Shown: in pieces, positions 38,521 through 51,979 of the stretch
Layout of the letters: every line of letters starts with the position of its first letter
Numbering within the stretch: the first letter of the stretch is position 1
Assembly: GCA_051294375.1 (NCBI GenBank)
Contig: CM119269.1
Location: 1,003,367 to 1,067,366 of the forward strand
Direction of reading: 5' to 3'
DNA length: 64,000 nucleotides
Source: Paraspadella gotoi
Lineage: Eukaryota > Animalia > Chaetognatha
Translations under genes and position numbers: made by a program
Notes under the pieces: generated by a model
Seen by the model: the letters and a program-made list of their open reading frames with translations, nothing else
What the model was told of the DNA's origin: nothing
Databases searched by the model: none

Positions 38521-40091
38521 CTCTCTCTTCTCTCTCTTCTCTCGTCTTCGTCCATCCTCTCTCGTCATTCTCTCATCACTTCTCTCCTCTCCCCTTCTTC
38601 ATCCTCGCAGTCTCTCTCTCCGTCTTTCTCTCCTCTCTCTCGTCGTCGTTCATTCATTTCTCCTCTCTCCTCGGTCTCGCTCGTCCTCTCGTGTCCTCTC
38701 TCGCTCTCTGCTTCTCTCTCCATCTTCTCGTCTCTCTCTTCTCTCCTTCACCATAAGTGAACGGTCAAGTTCGGTTGCAATTCTCGAGACGATTTACTTT
38801 CCAAAAAAAAATATCGGCCTTTCGTTTTTTTAAACAAATTTTCTTTTTTCCTCTCATAGGCGGTCGCCCTTCGTCCTCCCACCCGTGATTCAGTAGCGAT
38901 AGTTTAAATACAAAAAAAAAAATAGACATCCCACACCGATGAATCCGAAGCAAATTTTTCCGCCTTTCGCAAAATGTTCTCTCTCTCTCTCCAGTCCTCC
39001 TCTCTCTCCGAGCTCACTCCTTCTCCTACTCCTCTCGTCCATCCCTCGGCACTCTCTCCTCAACCTTCTCTTCTCCTCCTATCTCTCTCATCCTCTCTCA
39101 GGTCCGCGTCCTTCGTCGCCTCTCCCTCTTTCTTTCTCCCCCTCCCCCTTCCTTCCGCTTCATATTTTTCGGTGCTAGTAAACTAACTCTGTAACTTGTC
39201 AATTACAATAATTCGTTAGTTGACGGGTCAATAAAATTCTTTTTCTGGTAAACCTTGGAGCGGTGATTCGAACACGTAAACACTCATAAAAAAGGGAAAA
39301 AAACAACTTTTCCCAGCGAGAGAGAGAAAAAAGGTAGTGAGAAACTAATAAAGATAAAATTTGCTCTGTTGTGCGGAGAGAGGGAGAGGATTAGAGAAGC
39401 GGATGAGCGAGAGCAGAGAGAGAGAGAAGAAGAGGAGAGAGGAGAGAAGAAGAGAGAGGAGATAAGGAAAGAGAAAGAGAGAGAGAATAGGGTCGAACTT
39501 CGGTCGACTTCATGGGACACTTACTGAGGAAATATGTTATGTGAAGCTACAAAAGAAAAAAATCCAGTAGAGAGAGAGAGAGAAGAGAGAGAGAGACGAG
39601 AGAGAAAGAGAGAGAGAGAGAGACNNNNNNNNNNNNNNNNNNNNNNNNNNNNNNNNNNNNNNNNNNNNNNNNNNNNNNNNNNNNNNNNNNNNNNNNNNNN
39701 NNNNNNNNNNNNNNNNNNNNNNNNTTGTTTGTTTTTATTTCTATTGTTATGCCTCGTTTTCGTTCTTCGATTCGGAAAAATTTTCAAAAGGAACAAAAGA
39801 ACAAAAAAAACAAAAGGAAATCGGGGATGCGGTTTTGCTCTTTTGGGAAGTTTAACGATAACGCTCTCACCCTGGGTGCTAGACATCAAGTTCATTCCCG
39901 GAAAATAATTTAAAGCCCAATAATTATAAGGATTTTCTGTTTGTTTACTTTTTGGCGGTTTCGCTCTTTCGCGGAGAAAAACAACTCGTAAAAATTGCGC
40001 AATATAAATCTGATCGATCCAATTTCTTTAATAATGTTTACTCCCACTCTTTCTTTCTGTCTCCCTTCCTCTCTCTCGCTCTTTAATAGAG

Positions 40092-40170
<79 letters not shown>

Positions 40171-40632
40171 TGAGAGGATAACACAAGAAATTGGCAAGAG
40201 TTGCTGTCAACCCCTTAAAAGGAGGAAAACCTCAAAACAAAACGAGAAGGGGGAAGAAATCTCGCAACACTTTCTTCCCTTCAATAACAGAAATCAAACT
40301 CCTAAGTCACAGATTTTTATCAATCTTAATATTTATTATTTGACTAAGATGTTCAATCTGTTTTTCTATTCGATTTATTAGTTTTTGAATTCTTATTCAA
40401 CATCACTAAACAAGATATTGTAAAAAAAAAAACTAACTATAGTTTCATATTCAAAGCAAAAAAACTTTAGAGTCTCATCAAACGCAAAAAAGCCTTGCTC
40501 GAATTTTCTCTTGAGCAGGTAGCAAACATCTGCAGAAAGAGGACAAACACAAGCTGAAAAAAATAGGAAGAGAAAAGGAAGGTTTTGAAATCATGAATCA
40601 GCAAAAACTTGACGTTGTTTTGATATCGATGA

Positions 40633-40740
<108 letters not shown>

Positions 40741-41086
40741 TGCCGATAAAATACACGCGAAATAAACGGGACTTAAAATGAAAAGAGTTGTTTTGCTTGT
40801 TGCTGCGATTAATTTTATTCATGAATCAAATTTCCCGGTTGGCTGAAACCCAAACTCCGCGTTTGGCGAAACTCATTTCGGACATCTCTTTCCAATCTCT
40901 CGTCGTCGTCGTCGTCGTCTGATTGCGGGAGATTGAAACTGTCGCTATTGGAATTTCGCCAAAAAAAAGAGAGAAAAAAAAAGCTACTTTATCATGGGAT
41001 CGATTTTTTTATTAATTTCTTTTTAAATATTTGCTTTTTTATTATGAAATAGTGATATAGCTTTTAATATTTTGCAACGAGATTTG

Positions 41087-41130
<44 letters not shown>

Positions 41131-42356
41131 GTCATCATAATTATCATCATCATCATCGTCATCATCGTCATCGTCATCATCATCGTCATCATCATCATCG
41201 TCATCGTCATCATCGTCATGACGATCAACGATGATGAATCTAAGAGTCGTGTCATTTCTCAGATTCTCAGATTCGCCTCGGAATGAAATATGAAAAAAAA
41301 AAAAAAAATATCCCCGCCTGGCTAACGAAAAGTGGATGTATCTCATTTGCATATTTGGGTAAACACGTTTTGATCTCGGCGCGAAGAGAAATCCGCCTAT
41401 GGGGTCGCAAATGATTCCCAGCGAGATCGCGGAGGCAAATGCGGGCATGAGCAAGGACGAGAGTAAGAAGAGCATAAGAGAGACAGAGAAGAGACGAGTA
41501 GAGAGCAAGATCGAGAAGATGGACGAGTGGTGACGAAAGATGGAGCAGAGTAGAAATAGCAGGAAGAGAGAGAGGAAAGCGATGGAACTTGAAGATTAAA
41601 TAGGAGGAGACGATGATGATGAAAAAATTCGTTCTACAAGCCGCGAATAACCCGCCTCCCCCTTTTTTTTTAATTCTCATATTTGTTTTGGGTGGATTGC
41701 AGTACTTGATGGTTTTTGCGCGCGATTCACTCTGCACCTGACCCGCCGGACGTCGGGTATCCGTCGGTAGGCAGGGGTGGGCGGGTACGGTTTGGCATTA
41801 GAATTAGCGAGATAGAAGGAAAGGAAAAAGGTGAGCGAAGAATGAATCATTATTTAAATAGAGAATATGCATATGAACGGGAGAAAGGCTAAGGAGGAGA
41901 AAATTAAGAATCGAGAAAGGAGGCAAAAATAATGAAAGGATCGGAAAATGAAAAAAAAAAAGAAAAGAAAAAAAAAAGAAAGAGAAAATAAATGGGAGAG
42001 AAAGGAGAAAAGAAAGGGAAAGGAAAAAGGAAAAAAGGAAAAAAGGAAAAAGGGAAAAGTGGAAAAAAGGAAAAGAGGGAAAAAGGAGAAAGCGGGAAAG
42101 AAAAAAGGAAAAAAAAAGGAAAAAGGAGAGAAAGCGGGAAAGAAAAAAAGGGAAAAGGAGAGAAAGCGGGATGTCGTGAGCGATCGACGCTCCTCCAAAC
42201 GACGAAAAAAAATTAAACTGGACCCCGGGAACAAACAAAGGGGAAAAAAGCTTGGACGAGAAGAGCAAACAGGGAATCAAGAGGATTCGGTACAGATTTG
42301 ACAGAGGGCGGGACTGAGAGGGTCACGTGACTGGAGGAGAGGGGGTCACGTGACGT

Positions 42357-42396
<40 letters not shown>

Positions 42397-43829
42397 TGAG
42401 TCGGAAGGGGATCACGCGGCTGTCAGAATGTCAAATAATATCGACTCGAGCGAATTCGACCGCAAAGTTTCGGCGTCGAACATTCACGAAACGAGGAACT
42501 GACTTTTACCTCCAGAGAAACAAAATAACAAGACGACTTTGAGAGGTTAGACCTACGCGTTGTATTGTTAAAGGGAATACTCAAACAACCAACTGCTGTA
42601 GGCCAATAATGTTTTGAAAATTCTGAAAAAAAGGCCGAAAAAAAAAGATTCTTAATTATAATGTATATATGTTATTGATAATTATAAAGAGACTTTCTAA
42701 TCATTAAAACAAATTGTCAATTATCAATATTCGGATCACGAAGTTAAAAGAGAAAGTCAACAAACGCAATTTTAAATAAATCACGAATTAAAAAAAGTCG
42801 AAATATATCGCTGTGCTCGACTCCATGGAGTAAAGAATTGATAATTATTTCATCTTTCTTTTCGCGCCTAGATTATTTTCATCTCTTCGGATGTAAAATA
42901 TGGAGAATCCTCTCTCTCTCTNNNNNNNNNNNNNNNNNNNNNNNNNNNNNNNNNNNNNNNNNNNNNNNNNNNNNNNNNNNNNNNNNNNNNNNNNNNNNNN
43001 NNNNNNNNNNNNNNNNNNNNNNNNNNNNNNNNNNNNNNNNNNNNNNNNNNNNNNNNNNNNNNNNNNNNNNNNNNNNNNNNNNNNNNNNNNNNNNNNNNNN
43101 NNNNNNNNNNNNNNNNNNNNNNNNNNNNNNNNNNNNNNNNNNNNNNNNNNNNNNNNNNNNNNNNNNNNNNNNNNNNNNTGGCGATGCAATTGCGTTATGG
43201 GGTGTTGACGGAAAGATAGATGCGTTCGATTTAAAGGTGGAATAAAAAAAATATAGATTCATTCAAAGAAGGATGAAAAATATTTTATGACGGGCCGAAA
43301 GTAAATTTTACGGATTTTTATTCAATAAAACAACATAAAGAAACTCAGAAATGTTAAAATTTTAATTTAATTTTGATTATTTTCCGGAAGACGACCAACG
43401 CGAAGCCGCCTGCTTATCGTTTTTCTTGCGTCAAAGGNNNNNNNNNNNNNNNNNNNNNNNNNNNNNNNNNNNNNNNNNNNNNNNNNNNNNNNNNNNNNNN
43501 NNNNNNNNNNNNNNNNNNNNNNNNNNNNNNNNNNNNNNNNNNNNNNNNNNNNNNNNNNNNNNNNNNNNNNNNNNNNNNNNNNNNNNNNNNNNNNNNNNNN
43601 NNNNNNNNNNNNNNNNNNNNNNNNNNNNNNNNNNNNNNNNNNNNNNNNNNNNNNNNNNNNNNNNNNNNNNNNNNNNNNNNNNNNNNNNNNNNNNNNNNNN
43701 NNNGCTTCAATGTATAATTTGCTGTCGTGGAAAGGTATTGTATACCACGAATGGATCCAGGCTCGGGGGAGGGGAATTGTGTATTCTGAAGGACGGGCGT
43801 CGCTCCGAGTTTGTTCAGAGTGTTGACAA

Positions 43830-43881
<52 letters not shown>

Positions 43882-45446
43882 GTTTATCAATATCGCAGTC
43901 ACAGATGTCGCTCTTGTCAAATGAGGACGTTGTCCTCTCGCCAGTGTCGTTACTGATATTTTTTTTCTTATTTCGTTATACGCAGAATTATTGTCTATAT
44001 TCCCCACAACCGGATCTCGATATTCCGATTATGCCTGACCTAGTAGTATTTAACAATTACTTCGGCTTCATCTTTTTGTGCAATATCGGTTGCAAAACGA
44101 TTCCAATATATTAACAGTATATTAACATCGTTCGGCCAATCCCATTGGCTCACAGGGGGAACACACCATCCCAGGCGTTGTGTTCCATCCACAGTCCAAA
44201 CGACTTCCCTCTACATTGGAAAAGCGAGACCCTCCTAGGGTAACCTAGCCAATGTCCTATTATTTCTCAATTCTTTAATGTCATATATGTCATTTATGTT
44301 GTATATTTTCATGTGATCATCATCCCCGGCATCAGCCCTGTCACTGAAAAAAGGGTGTCACTGTCATCAATGTCGAATCCGCGTTGCTTCGTCGTCCTCA
44401 TTCCCTTTGTCATTGGCTTCCTTCGTCGCTGTTTTCTCATCACTGTCTTCATTTATCCTTTTATTTGATATTCTTCCCTTTATTAACCTTTTCGACAAGT
44501 TCGCCGACATAATCATGAGAAAATTAAGGTGGTTAAATATGTCATTCTTTATTTGTCAATATGTTGATTTTTTTCGTCCTGGCGGTCGTCGTTGAAATCC
44601 TGCTTCATCGTCCTTTGTCGTCATCATTCATTGTCAACGTTTGTCATCATCTGTCATCGTGTCGACGTCGCCTTTTCGTCGTCGCTCTCGATTCTGTCAT
44701 TCCGCTTGATCGTTTCCCGACACGACGTGTCTCCACTCTTGTTGTCGTCGTCGTCGTCGTCGTCGTCGTCGTCTAGTGTTTTTTTTTCTCTTTAAAAATT
44801 ATTGATTTCCCGTCGCCGAGTTCTCGACGTTGATGTTTGATCAAAACCCAAACTTTTGTTTGAAAAGAATGAGGGCGAATAAAGAGGGCGCGATCGTGGT
44901 TTGTCGAAGATCGCGTCGGGTCGCATCAGTACGACACTGACTTGTCAGAAAATTCTTTGAGCTTTTTTTAATTGAAAATCTTTCAATAATTTAACCGTTT
45001 CTATGTTAATGTTATGTTATGTTAATGCTTGGCGTGTTACTACTTGATCTGAAATTAATTTTCTATCCGGAGTCATCTTCAGCTACAGCGACCTAGATGC
45101 GACCTAGATGAGGCTCTAGTATGTTACATTAACATTTGAGTCTTGACGATTTAAGCACAGTTGATATTGCTTACATTACTTGTTTAAATAGCGTTTTGAA
45201 AGTTTTTGCTCGATAAATGAAAATGAAACTGCAATATTTTTACAACACTCTAAGCAAGTGAAGAAAAACTGGAGAAGCCCAAAGGCCCAGCTGTGTGAAA
45301 TGCTGTAAATAGCAAAGAAAATTAAATATGAGCTAAATGTGCATGTATGAAGAATATATTATCAGATTTAGATTTAGATATGATGTAAACTGATTACAAA
45401 GTTGTAAGTTTAAATTTGTATTGTACAACGAATTTAATGATTATTA

Positions 45447-45492
45447 ATTTGGGACATGTTTCGGTCTTTCATTCAGACCTTCATCAGCAAAT
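45447..45492 (-). ncRNA. Minimal type I hammerhead ribozyme motif (Penelope-like element type)
   Basis: Reverse complement ATTTG-CTGATGA-A-GGTCT-gaatgaa-AGACC-GAAA-CATG-TC-c-CAAAT: intact core, 5-bp stem II, palindromic tetraloop, and a 5-bp stem I if one C of the CCC run is surplus. Confidence 0.8.
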
Positions 45493-45791
45493 GTGAGATT
45501 GTGACAATTTAGGAAATATTGAGAGAGAGAAACAGAGAGAGAGAGAGAGAGAGAGAGAGGGTAAAGTTAACAAATTTAAAACTTACCAACTTAGTATATT
45601 CAATTAACATACAAACAACGACAAAAGCAAAGGAAAAGATTACAAAGATATGATGTAATTAAATTGTTATCAAATTTACAATTTCGTCTTTTTTTTGGGG
45701 TCGAGTCACCTCGTTTGGGAAAAAAATCAGATATCCGACGGTCCGAAGTGGCATTGATGAGAGATGGACCGAGTGCACTGCACTGAGGGGG

Positions 45792-45844
<53 letters not shown>

Positions 45845-46699
45845 TAGGGAAACGAGGCGCAACAAACATAGACGTTTGCGGTTAACCTCTTGAACTCTGA
45901 GGAATTGCTTTTTCTCCCCTTCCCTCCCACCTCGTCCCGTGCCAGTGATTTTTAGTTCTGATATCAATTTGTTGCCTTGCCTTGCCTCTTCGATGCAAAA
46001 ATTAATATTACCGTACGATCAATTCGAAGAGGGGTCGCACAAATATTACTCATTCTTTAAATGTAGATCCCAAACATTCCGGGAAAACTTCCTTCCGCAC
46101 GAATCGATCATTAATTGATTTATTTTTTTTCCCCAAGTCGTCCTGGCCATATAATTTGAATTTGTATATATTAAATATATTTTTTTTTAATATTTAAGAA
46201 TTTTTAAAAATGATTTATATTTTATATTAACTTTTGAAGAGGAATTTAAATCTGCCAACAAAATTAAGAAAAGCCTATTTTTAACGTCGCTGGCGAGGTT
46301 AATTCAGATTCGTCACAATTTTCACAAAGAACTAAAGAAAATTCCAAATTTTCAATACGATTCTTTTTCATACTAGAAATGACCTTTTAAATTTGTTGCT
46401 TAACGTTTTAAGGAGTTAATCTTCAGAAATTTGATTTAAAAATTCTAATGAATTTGCTACATTATCTGGCGTTTTTTTGCGTGGTTGGTTCCATTCCCAG
46501 AGGAGGTATGAAGAAAAAACATTTAAAAAAAAAAATATTAATCCCATCTTCAAGTAATAAATGTAAATGATAACGTCCCACATTTGACCTGCACTGTGTA
46601 GCACATGAAATAATAATTATTTTATAAACAAGAATGGTCCTTCCAATGCGTTGGGCCACAATTATTATTTTTTGACTGAGTGATAAGCCTTTTTAACGT

Positions 46700-46790
46700 G
46701 AGACAGACCAACGTACAGACATACCGACCGACCGAAAATTGACTTATTTAGTTATTGAGTTATTGAGTTGCTCCGCGGCGCAACAAAAAG
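46700..46790 (-). mobile_element. 5' fragment of the same HINE family
   Basis: Reverse complement ttttgttgcgccgcggagcaactc...taagtcaattttcggtcggtcggtatgtctgt; repeated at about 56140-56230. Confidence 0.5.
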
Positions 46791-47059
46791 ACCGTTTAGA
46801 AAAGACGAGGTTCATCTCTCGCTCGCCGCAACACAACGCATCCCTATGATTTTAATTCTTGTAATTTAAGTAATTTTGTTTCGTACAGATTTTAGAGAAA
46901 TTCCATGCAAAACAAACGAAGAATGTCAAGAAAAAGCACAAAAACCCTCTGCGCTTTGCTGTCAGGAAGTTTCATGTAAACATATAAAAACTAAACCCTG
47001 AAAAAAAGATATTAAACTAAATTTAAAAGTTTTCTCTGATTAATACCAACATTATTTAC

Positions 47060-48456
47060 TTAGCGCTGGATAATCGAAACGCCTGCGCCGCCGACTGCGA
47101 TTTTTGCAAAAAAGGAGGCGGAAGATGCGCCGATTTATCATCGGGAAACAGAATCGGGAACGTCTCGCCTCTTTTCTTTGCAACGGTCTTCGGAATGGCT
47201 GTCCTCGCTACCGCTACACAGTTTTGAAACGAAAGTTTCCGCGCCCATTAACGTTTACCACGTTCGGTTGAATTTTGTTCCTATTTTGTCTTATATATGT
47301 TGAAATAAGATAGAAGTTTTATGAAAATAAAAGAAATACATTAAGACTTTAAGTTGATTAACGGACCTCACCTCAGTAACGGGGACTCGTACGGACTCCG
47401 GAGGGAGCTCGAACGTCGATCGTCACAGCAGCTAACAACAGATTCCCGTACTATAATTCACTTTGTCGGTCCGTCGGTCATCCCCCAAAATCATGTCGGT
47501 AAGTCACTTATATCATCTCAGAATATCGAATTATAAAAAAATTATGCTAAGAAATCGATGACCGTCCGGCCGTACGTCCGTTCGTCTGTCTCTCCCTCCG
47601 TCCGTTCCCCCTTAGCTTTAAACGCCAATTAGTCCGTCCGTCCGTCCGTCTGTCCCCCTGTCCGTCCGTCCGTCCCCCTTAGATTTCAACGCCAAATAGT
47701 TCGTCCGTCCGTCCTTCCGTCCGTCCGTCCGTTCGTCCGTCTGTCCGTCTGTCCCTCCTTAGCTTTGAACGCCAATTAGTCCGTCCGTCCGTCCGTCCGC
47801 CAATTAATACTACTATATACTTCCCACTTCATGGATTCGTCGTCGGATCAAAAATGTCAACACGATTTGATGATGCGATTAGAATTAACGTTGATGAAAG
47901 AAAACGACTTAGAAAACGACAAGAAAACGACAAGAAAACGACAAGAAAACGACTAAGAAAACGACAAGAAAACGACAAGAAAACGACAAGAAAATGACAA
48001 AGACAAAGACGAGATATCGTGAATGTCAAACTTTGCAACAGCGACCGACAGGAAGAAGAGATTGACGAGTCTGAAAGAGTCTGTCGAATTTTGGCGTCGC
48101 GAGCCTCGTTTTCGAACCGGAAGTGACGTCACGTCGCGGAAACAAACATTTTTTTTTTCGCGCGAAAGTGAAAATCGTCAAGGTGAGGATTTTGGTGGGA
48201 GAAGTTGGGTTACGTCGTTGTGGATAAGAGAGCGGGTGATAGTGATAGTGATAGTGAAAAGTCAACCCTTATCAAAATGTGCATATACTTTTTTGTCTAA
48301 AATCGTTTTTCATTCCTACACATTTTTTGTCCTGGTTTTTCTTCCTTCCAAGATTCAGGTTTGGTTTGAGGCGAGAAAAAAAAGGAAAAAAAATGGTCTT
48401 ACACCGCTTGCTATCTCGATAGACTCTTCCAAGAATAAATCCCTCTTTCTGAACCC

Positions 48457-48511
<55 letters not shown>

Positions 48512-48701
48512 CTCTCTCTTCCTCTCTCTCTCCCTCTCTCCCATTCTGTCTCTCTCTCTCTCTCTCGCATTTTGGATCTTTCATTCCTTTTCGTCTTTTC
48601 TTTTCTCTTTTTTACTGCTCTTCTTTTCTCTGACTCGTTCATGGAACATAAAAATATTCTAAAAGTGCTTCTACCTGATCGCCTACATACTCTCCTCTCT
48701 C

Positions 48702-48734
<33 letters not shown>

Positions 48735-48745
48735 TCTCTTCCCTC

Positions 48746-48776
<31 letters not shown>

Positions 48777-49400
48777 TCCCACCGCGCGAAGTCACAGGAA
48801 AAGCTTCACCTGAAATTTGCTTTCAGAAATGGAAAGAGTTTGTGAAGCCTAAAACCGGAAACAAAGAAAGAAAAGCGAGTCGAGGAAAAAGGGATTCACG
48901 TGAATAGAAATGAGGAATTCTTTGAAATCGAGCGACGTCTGGGCGGAGTAGTGAAAGAGGACGACGACTGCCGGGACGACGACGACGACGACAATGACGA
49001 TGAAATATCTACCTCTACCGAACTGACGCAATTCTAAAATATTTATTGAAAGAGAATTGGTTTTTATCGAATTATCTTTAGTAATTACAAATTGTCGCCA
49101 AGAATGAATAAAAGATTGAGAATCTATACCGTTCAACGAACAACAAACAAACAACAAACAAACGACGACGACGACCACAAAGACGACGATGAACCTTGGA
49201 TCGAGTTTCATCTTCTCGGCGGAGCAGCGGCGAGCCATACTTCGGCATAGCGGCTCCATGGCGAACCAGACTGAGGAGCCGCGGCGCCGTGACGAACCAG
49301 ACTGAGAAGCGGCGGCGCCGGAGCGCGCCGGGAGGCTTCGACAAGCGCCGAAAGGTCGTCGACGTCCGAGTCGACGCGAAGTCATTAGTGATGATTCATT
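47060..49400 (-). CDS. Cluster of noisy candidate upstream Ig-like exons (duplicated at about 56505-58880)
   Basis: Splice-bounded islands read PKTVAKKRGETF (~47060-47212; the second copy reads GETFRFC), VTIDVRAP-ESVRVPVTE|gtgagg (~47371-47430), TNSLSINILELRQFGR (~49012-49123) and a GC-rich LLIVCVRHGAA-like stretch (~49195-49400). Frames differ between the two copies. Confidence 0.3.
47560..48003 (+). repeat. Compound repeat: ~65-bp units with (GTCC)n and ttagctttaaacgccaattag, then (AAAACGACAAG)n
   Basis: Three ccttagctttRaacgccaattagtccgtcc-like units, then an 11-bp repeat at 47900-48003; duplicated at about 57005-57460. Confidence 0.8.
48117..48190 (+). promoter_or_regulatory. Promoter-like cluster: overlapping ETS-CRE site, palindromic E2F-like site, then splice donor
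   Basis: CCGGAAGTGACGTCAC at 48117-48132, TTTCGCGCGAAA near 48156-48167, AAG|gtgagg near 48183. Confidence 0.35.
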
Positions 49401-51139
49401 GAGCAATTTCTGGTCCCGATTTAGTCATGACGGAACCCGCGAAGAGAAAGGGGGGGCGTGGCGGAGGAAGGGGAAGGTAAGGCGGGGTAAGGTCCTCTTT
49501 TTTTTCCGCTTCGTCGAAGTCTTTTCGTTTGGTTTTTTTTCCCGGAGGAGAGCGGGTGATCGGATGGTGATTAGATCCAGGGAAGGGATTTTGGAAGTTG
49601 GGCGAGTGATTGGTTTTTTTTTCTCTTGGTAAACGATTGGATATTTTTTCTTTCTTGGGTTCGTATAGGATCGACGGTTTCCTTTTGCTTTGGTGGTTTT
49701 AGTCACTGGACGGAGATTTCTGTTGTCATTGGGGTGACAAACTTTTATTAATTTTACGGTTCCGAAAGTGATGAAGATTTTTTCTTACAATATCCAAATT
49801 TTGGCAAAAAGGTTTTTTTTTTGTTGTCCCATTGTCTGCAATTTACATTACGGGAGAAAATAATCAGGATAAGCGGATGGGAAGTCAATCCCAAGAGGAT
49901 GGAAGCCAAACGAGGATCAAATTTTTAAGAGAAGCCAAGTTATCAGAAAGCCGATGGCAGATGGCAGATGGCAGATGGCAGATGGCAGATAGTTTCTGCC
50001 TCGTAGCATCTATTTTCTTCAGTCGAGTTTCTTTATTTTGTTTATTTGTTTTTTGTTGATTCAAGTTACTCGAATTAACTCAAATGTATTTATTTGTATT
50101 TTTACGTAATACTGAATCTGATTTTCAGGATTTTTTTTATCATTAAATTAATGAATCTTCGTTGTTCAGCTAAATTCTCTCATGCACTCGTATTTCTCTC
50201 TTCAATAGCTTTCGTTCTCCTTTCTCTTTCTCTCTCTCTCTTCTCTCTCTCTTCTCTCTCTCTCTTCTCTCTCTCTTTCTCTCTCTCTTCCTCTCTCTCT
50301 CATCTCTCTCTCTCCCTCGCCAAATCTGACGCCAACCGGCGCCAAAAATGACGCAGAGAAATTTTAATTAAAATTCGGACAAAGAATCGAGACGCGATCT
50401 TTGCCCTTCGACGGCCGTAAATTTCGAGGCTTAGCCGAACGTTTGTGAACGAGTCGGGCGATAAACCACCTCCGCTGGTTACTATAGCAACCGATCTCGT
50501 ACGAGTTGAAGGAAATTCAATCTCAATGAGATGTTAAAGCTGAACTAAGATCTGTCACGACTTAACGTAAATTTTGTTGTTGTTTTGACATCGACTTTTG
50601 GAGGAATTTGAATAATTTGTAATTCGCAATATCATAGTGAAGTAGGCAACGCCAGTATAATAATTTTTTCCTTTTTTTTGCCTTTTCCATTATGAAAATA
50701 CAATTATCTATAAAAATAAAGAACTTTATTATGTTTATACGTATATATTAAGTTCTTTCGTGAGTAAAAATAACTGTATCTTAACCCGTCGATTTTCCCT
50801 TCAAGTTTTGACGTCTGATGGCGACGGAGAATCGCGCGCCATCTGTCCGCGCGGATTCTAGGGATAAATAAACTATTAGAGGAAAAAAAAAGAGACGGTG
50901 GCACGCAGCGACGTGGAGGTGTGGAGNNNNNNNNNNNNNNNNNNNNNNNNNGTGGAGGGGAACGGGAAAGGGGAGAGAGAGAGAGAGAAGAGAAAGGAGA
51001 GAGAGAGAGAGAGAGAAGAGAGAGAGGAGAAGAGGAAGAAGAGAAGAGAGAGATAAAGAGAGAGAAAGAGAGAGATAAGAGAGAGAGAGAAGAGAGAGAG
51101 AGAGAGAAGAGAGGAGAGAGAGAGAGGAACAAAACCAGA

Positions 51140-51530
51140 GAGAGTCAGTTTTTCCCAAGCTGTCATCATGAAGATCAGTTTTCTTCCAAGCTGTCATCAA
51201 TCAAGGTCTATTAAGAGTTTTCTAAGAATCGAAAAGATGGCGCCAATTTTTCTTGCGTCATAGTCGTCGTTGCGCTCGGAAGTCGTCATTGTCGTCGTCA
51301 TTGTCGTCGTCATTGTCGTTCGTCATTGTCGTCGTATATTCGTCGTCATTGTCGACGTCATTGTCGTCGTCAATATTCGTTGTCATTGTGTCGTCATTGT
51401 CGTCGTCATATTCTCGTCATTTTCGTCGTCATATTCGTCGTCAATTGTCGTCGTCATTTGTCGTCGTCATTGTCGTAAGAAATGTTTCTCTCGTCGATTT
51501 TTTTTCTCGTCGGAATAGTCGTCGTCATTA
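51140..51530 (+). repeat. Repeat block: agtttttccaagctgtcatcatca doublet plus (GTCGTCATTGTC)n 12-mer array
   Basis: Present three times: about 51140-51530, 54560-55028 and 60603-60990. Confidence 0.85.
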
Positions 51531-51979
51531 GCTTTCAACTTGGCTAAATTATTAATAATGTTTTTGGCTCTGACGCCAGAAGCGTTTTCCTTAAATTATT
51601 TTTTTTTTGAAAAACAAATAAAACTTGAAGAAATCCATTATTTATCAGTTGTACCTTATCGTTTGGACGAGTCATCGCCATTCGCACAATGGAGGTCACA
51701 TGTACTACTCATGTCACTCTTTTTTTTTTCTGGTAATTGAGATGCTTTCAGTTGAAAAGGATCATAAAAGCCCGTTTTTTAAAGAAGTTTCCTAGTTGAG
51801 AGCCAAAATGTATTGCAAATGGTAAGCAAGTGTAGCAAGCTTTCCATGCTCAAAGACATTTTTTACGCTTTTTTTTCTGCTTTAGCCTAACGGAACCGGA
51901 AACCGACAAATAATTATAAGTGTTAAAAATAGCTAATAAAAAAACAACAGACAAAAAAAAAAAAAAAAAAAAAAAAAAT

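Larger units (their letters stand above)
45650..51730 (+). repeat. Segmental direct duplication, copy 1 (~6 kb)
   Basis: Colinear with 55054-61174 from atgatgtaatt..ttgttatcaaatttacaatttcg to atgtcactcttttt; differences are mostly 1-nt indels. Confidence 0.93.

Noticed and set aside
41375-41476. Signal-peptide exon (MLFLLSSLLMPAFASAISLG) of the Ig gene
   Set aside because: Hydrophobicity comes largely from a degenerate TC tract, and no convincing donor was found.
45030-45090. Additional hammerhead core (minus-strand CTGAAGATGAC)
   Set aside because: No closing stem II followed by GAAA-N-UH.
46465-46510. tRNA or tRNA-derived SINE from a B-box-like ggttccattccc
   Set aside because: No A box or cloverleaf could be built.
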